Assembly: GCA_041484665.1 (NCBI GenBank)
Contig: JBGPIA010000002.1
Span: 160,001 to 224,000 of the forward strand
DNA length: 64,000 bases
Direction: 5' to 3'
Source: Candidatus Krumholzibacteriia bacterium
GTDB lineage: Bacteria; Krumholzibacteriota; Krumholzibacteriia; JAJRXK01
Positions 60,816-64,000 of this stretch are shown piece after piece (positions within the stretch are counted from its first letter, which is position 1; each line of letters opens with the position of its first letter). The translations under genes and the position numbers were made by a program. The notes beneath the pieces are model-generated. The model was not told where the DNA came from. It was given only the letters and a program-made list of their open reading frames with translations, and did no database searches.

Positions 60816-61673
60816 CTACGACAAGTAGTCGCCCAGCCCGGCTCCGGCGACGGCGTGGCGCATCTTGCGCAGCGCGTCATTGCGGATCTGCCGCACGCGC
60901 TCTCGCGAGAGGTTGATGTCATCGCCGATCGCCTCCAGCGAGGTGCACTCTTCCCCCTCCAGCCCGTAGTAGCGCACCACGATATCGCGCTCCCGGTCGG
61001 TCAGCTTCTTCATCGCCGTGTCCAGCTGCAGCCGCAGCTCGTCCTGCACGAAGCTGTCCTCGGGCGTCGCCTCGTCGGGGTCGGCCAGGATCTCCTGCAG
61101 CGGCTGGCTGTCCTCGTCGTGCAGGCTCTCGTCGAGGGAGAGCAGCGGGCGCAGCACGGCATTGATCTCGTTGAGCTTGGTCACCGAGATGTCCAGCTCC
61201 TTGGCCAGCTGCTCCTCGTGGACCGCCCCGCCGCGCTTCTGCTCGAGCCGGTTGTTGATCTTGCGAAGCTTCTGGGCCTGCTGCGCGCGATTGATGGGCA
61301 GGCGCACGGTATGGGTCTGCTCGGCCAGCGCCTTCTGGATCGCCTGGCGAATCCACCACACGGCGTAGCTGATGAACCGGAAGTTGCGCCGCTCGTCGAA
61401 ACGGTGCGCCGCCGTGATCAGACCGACATTCCCCTCGGCGATCAGGTCCAGGAAGCTCAGCCCGTGACCCACGTAGCGCTTCGCTACGCTCACAACGAAG
61501 CGCAGGTTGGAGTACACCAGCTTCTCGAGCGCCGGATGATCGCCGTTGCGGATGCGCCGCGCGAGCTCGAACTCCTGCTCCTTGGTCAGCAGCGGGTACC
61601 GACCAATGACCTTGAGGTAGTGCTGCAGCGCCTGGTCCTGGCGCCGGTCCGGACTTCTCTCGACTTCGTACAT
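60816..61673 (-). CDS. RNA polymerase sigma-70 family factor, short form lacking region 1.1
   Basis: YLKVIGRYPLLT, NLRFVVSVAKRY, DLIAEGNVGL, YAVWWIRQAI, SRERVRQI. Confidence 0.93.
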   Translation of the reverse strand: MYEVERSPDRRQDQALQHYLKVIGRYPLLTKEQEFELARRIRNGDHPALEKLVYSNLRFVVSVAKRYVGHGLSFLDLIAEGNVGLITAAHRFDERRNFRFISYAVWWIRQAIQKALAEQTHTVRLPINRAQQAQKLRKINNRLEQKRGGAVHEEQLAKELDISVTKLNEINAVLRPLLSLDESLHDEDSQPLQEILADPDEATPEDSFVQDELRLQLDTAMKKLTDRERDIVVRYYGLEGEECTSLEAIGDDINLSRERVRQIRNDALRKMRHAVAGAGLGDYLS

Positions 61674-61983
61674 GACCTCTGTAACCTCCACCGCGATGCG
61701 TCAGCCTCGGGGCTTGCGGCCCCCCGGCCATGTATTCCGTCCCGAGCTCGCGCTATCGGGGCGGTGCCGGCGCTCGCAGGGGCGACCGAACCAGCCCGCG
61801 CCTTGCCTGCCGGTCCGGGGGGCTGCCGCCGCGGTGCCATCGCCGCGCACAGCCCGCTCACCATTCATCAACGTCGGCAACGCGGGCAGGTTCCAAGAGG
61901 GGTGCAAATCCACAAGAAATCCACAACCCGCCCACGGGATTCCGCGCCAGGAGCGGCCTCCCCTGCGCCACGGAAAGCCGGAT

Positions 61984-62012
61984 AGTATGCGTAAGCGGCC
62001 GATCGTTGTCAA
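61984..62012 (-). promoter_or_regulatory. sigma-70-type promoter upstream of the sigma factor gene
   Basis: TTGACA-N17-CATACT. Confidence 0.55.
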
Positions 62013-62136
62013 GACCGCAGCGCCACCTGCCCTACACGCGCGCGGAGGCCCTTCCGGCCGCGCCCGGCGCTCGCCGCCGCCCGGCACAACCCCGCCGGCG
62101 ACGGGTGCCGCGCGTAGGCCCGACGGACCTCGCCGG

Positions 62137-64000
62137 CTACGTCTTCTCGTCGTCGACCACCTCGAAGTCCGCCTCCACCGGCCGGTCCGGTCCTGCCCCG
62201 GTGGGGCCCTCCCCGCCTGCGGCACCGTCTGCCCCGGTCGGCCGTCCGCCGCCGGACGGTCCGCCAGCCGCCCCTGCCGCTCCGCCCGTTGCGGCGCCCG
62301 CGGCGGCCTCGTAGGCCTTTTGGCTGGCTTTGTGCAGCGCCCGGCTGAGGGCCTCGGCCCGCTGCTTGATCGTCCCGACGTCATCGCCGCGCAACACCTG
62401 CTCCACATCGCCGATCGCGGTCTGCACTTCGTCCTTGGCGGAGGCCTCGAGCTTGTCGCCCAGGTCGCTCAACATCTTGCGCGCCTGATAGACGAGGCTG
62501 TCGGCGTTGTTGCGGACATCGACCTTCTCGCGCCACGACCGATCCTCGGCCGCGTGCGACTCGGCATCCTTGACCATCCGCTCGATCTCCGGATGGGAGA
62601 GGCCGCCAGACGCCTGGATCTTGATGGACTGCTCCTTGCCCGTCGCCTTGTCTTTGGCGCTCACGCTCAGGATGCCGTTGGCGTCGATGTCGAAGGTGAC
62701 CTCGATCTGTGGGACGCCGCGCGGCGCGGGCGGGATCCCGGTGAGCTGGAAGCGCCCGATCGACTTGTTGTCGCTGGCCATCTCGCGCTCGCCCTGCAAC
62801 ACGTGGATGTCGACGACGCTCTGGTTGTCGTCGGCCGTGGAGAAGACCTGGCCCTTGCGGGTGGGGATGGTCGTGTTGCGCTCGATGAGCTTGGTGGAGA
62901 CCCCGCCCAGGGTCTCGATGCCGAGCGAGAGCGGCGTCACGTCCAGCAGCACCACCTCGCGCAGGTGCGACTCGCCCGAGAGCACTCCGCCCTGGATCGC
63001 CGCCCCGATCGCCACGGCCTCGTCGGGGTTCACGGAGCGGTTGGGCTCCTTCCCGAAGAGCTCCTTGACCTTGGCCTGCACGGCGGGGATGCGGGTGGAG
63101 CCGCCCACCAGGATCGCTTCGTCGATGTCGCTGGGTGACAGCCCGGCGTCGGCCAGCGCCTTGTGGCAGGGGTCCACGGTGCGCTGGATGAGTTGATCGA
63201 CCAGCTGCTCGAAGCGGCTGCGCGTCAGGGTGACCGTCAGGTGCTTGGGACCCGAGGCGTCCGCCGTGATGAACGGGAGGTTGATCTCGGTCTGCGTGGA
63301 GCTGGAGAGCTCGCACTTGGCGCGCTCGGCGGCCTCCTTCAGGCGTTGGAGCGCCATGGGGTCCTTGCTCAGGTCGATGCCGTGGTTGGCCTTGAACTCG
63401 CGCACCAGCCACTCGATGATCTCCTGGTCGAAATCGTCGCCGCCCAGATGCGTGTCGCCGTTGGTCGAGCGCACCTCGAACACGCCTTCGCCCAGCTCCA
63501 GGATCGAGATGTCGAACGTGCCGCCGCCCAGGTCGTAGACGGCGATCGTCTCGTTCTTCTTCTTGTCGAGGCCGTAGGCCAGCGAGGCGGCGGTGGGCTC
63601 GTTGATGATGCGCTTGACCTCCAGCCCGGCGATCCGGCCGGCGTCCTTGGTGGCCTGCCGCTGCGCATCGTTGAAATAGGCGGGCACGGTGATGACGGCG
63701 TCGGTCACCGTCTCGCCGAGGTATGCCTCCGCCGTCTCCTTCATCTTCTGGAGGATGGCAGCCGAGATCTCCTGGGGCGTGAACTGCCCTGCGGGCACCT
63801 TCACCCCCACCGCGTCACCGGCACGGGCGACCTCGTAGGGGACCTCCTTGATCTCGCGGGCGACCTCCTCGTACCGGCGCCCCATGAAGCGCTTGATGGA
63901 GTAGATCGTCTGCTGGGGCTGCGTCACCGCCTGACGCTTGGCGACGACGCCCACGATCCGCTGGCCGTCCTTGTTCCAGGCGACGACCGACGGCGTGGTC
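62137..64000 (-). CDS. dnaK: Chaperone DnaK (5' truncated)
   Basis: [56 protein letters not shown]-terminal EADFEVV. Confidence 0.98.
   Translation of the reverse strand, partial: TTPSVVAWNKDGQRIVGVVAKRQAVTQPQQTIYSIKRFMGRRYEEVAREIKEVPYEVARAGDAVGVKVPAGQFTPQEISAAILQKMKETAEAYLGETVTDAVITVPAYFNDAQRQATKDAGRIAGLEVKRIINEPTAASLAYGLDKKKNETIAVYDLGGGTFDISILELGEGVFEVRSTNGDTHLGGDDFDQEIIEWLVREFKANHGIDLSKDPMALQRLKEAAERAKCELSSSTQTEINLPFITADASGPKHLTVTLTRSRFEQLVDQLIQRTVDPCHKALADAGLSPSDIDEAILVGGSTRIPAVQAKVKELFGKEPNRSVNPDEAVAIGAAIQGGVLSGESHLREVVLLDVTPLSLGIETLGGVSTKLIERNTTIPTRKGQVFSTADDNQSVVDIHVLQGEREMASDNKSIGRFQLTGIPPAPRGVPQIEVTFDIDANGILSVSAKDKATGKEQSIKIQASGGLSHPEIERMVKDAESHAAEDRSWREKVDVRNNADSLVYQARKMLSDLGDKLEASAKDEVQTAIGDVEQVLRGDDVGTIKQRAEALSRALHKASQKAYEAAAGAATGGAAGAAGGPSGGGRPTGADGAAGGEGPTGAGPDRPVEADFEVVDDEKT

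Noticed and set aside
61907..61927. AAATCCACA x2 as DnaA boxes / oriC
   Set aside because: Two mismatches to TTATCCACA, only two copies, no unwinding element or dnaA nearby, and the region lies next to the terminus

Overview
A very GC-rich bacterial chromosomal segment made almost entirely of core genes, with no CRISPR array, transposase, integrase or prophage detected. Its organising feature is an apparent replication terminus. Every gene from 1 to ~23400 is on +, and every gene from ~23730 to 64000 is on -. The two sets converge on a 28-bp XerC/XerD dif-like site (23615-23642) flanked by KOPS-like octamers that flip polarity. Left arm: miaB, lapA/lapB-like, SPOR protein, mutS, a GAF/degenerate-GGDEF protein, mutL, miaA, tRNA-Gly, AI-2E transporter, DUF512 radical SAM, der, plsY, gpsA, merR-like, tRNA-Pro, GT2, surE, pcm, tRNA-Pro, nlpD-like, apt, tRNA-Arg, TPR protein, DUF4870-like. 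Right arm, read toward dif: dnaK (partial), sigma-70 factor, moaD/moaE, tRNA-Val, thrS, L20 leader-infC(ATT start)-rpmI-rplT-pheST, zapB/zapA, 6S RNA, ymdB, folD, ispA, DUF212, dxs, nadK, recN, trpEGDCFB (no trpA), tRNA-Arg, and a sigma-54-promoted diguanylate cyclase/exopolysaccharide locus with its own sensor kinase and sigma-54 activator, then lptE, holA, trxA and a Cys-less TusA-like gene. The gene content (LPS genes, short sigma factor, zapA-6S-ymdB, DUF512-der-plsY-gpsA) suggests a diderm, possibly an FCB-related candidate phylum; this is inference only. The best candidates for something new are a sigma-54/c-di-GMP EPS circuit with a distant I-site-only c-di-GMP receptor inserted between mutS and mutL, a long structured RNA upstream of tRNA-Pro(CGG), and a His-for-Cys TusA homologue beside dif. 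All calls come from reading motifs by eye; no database searches were run.
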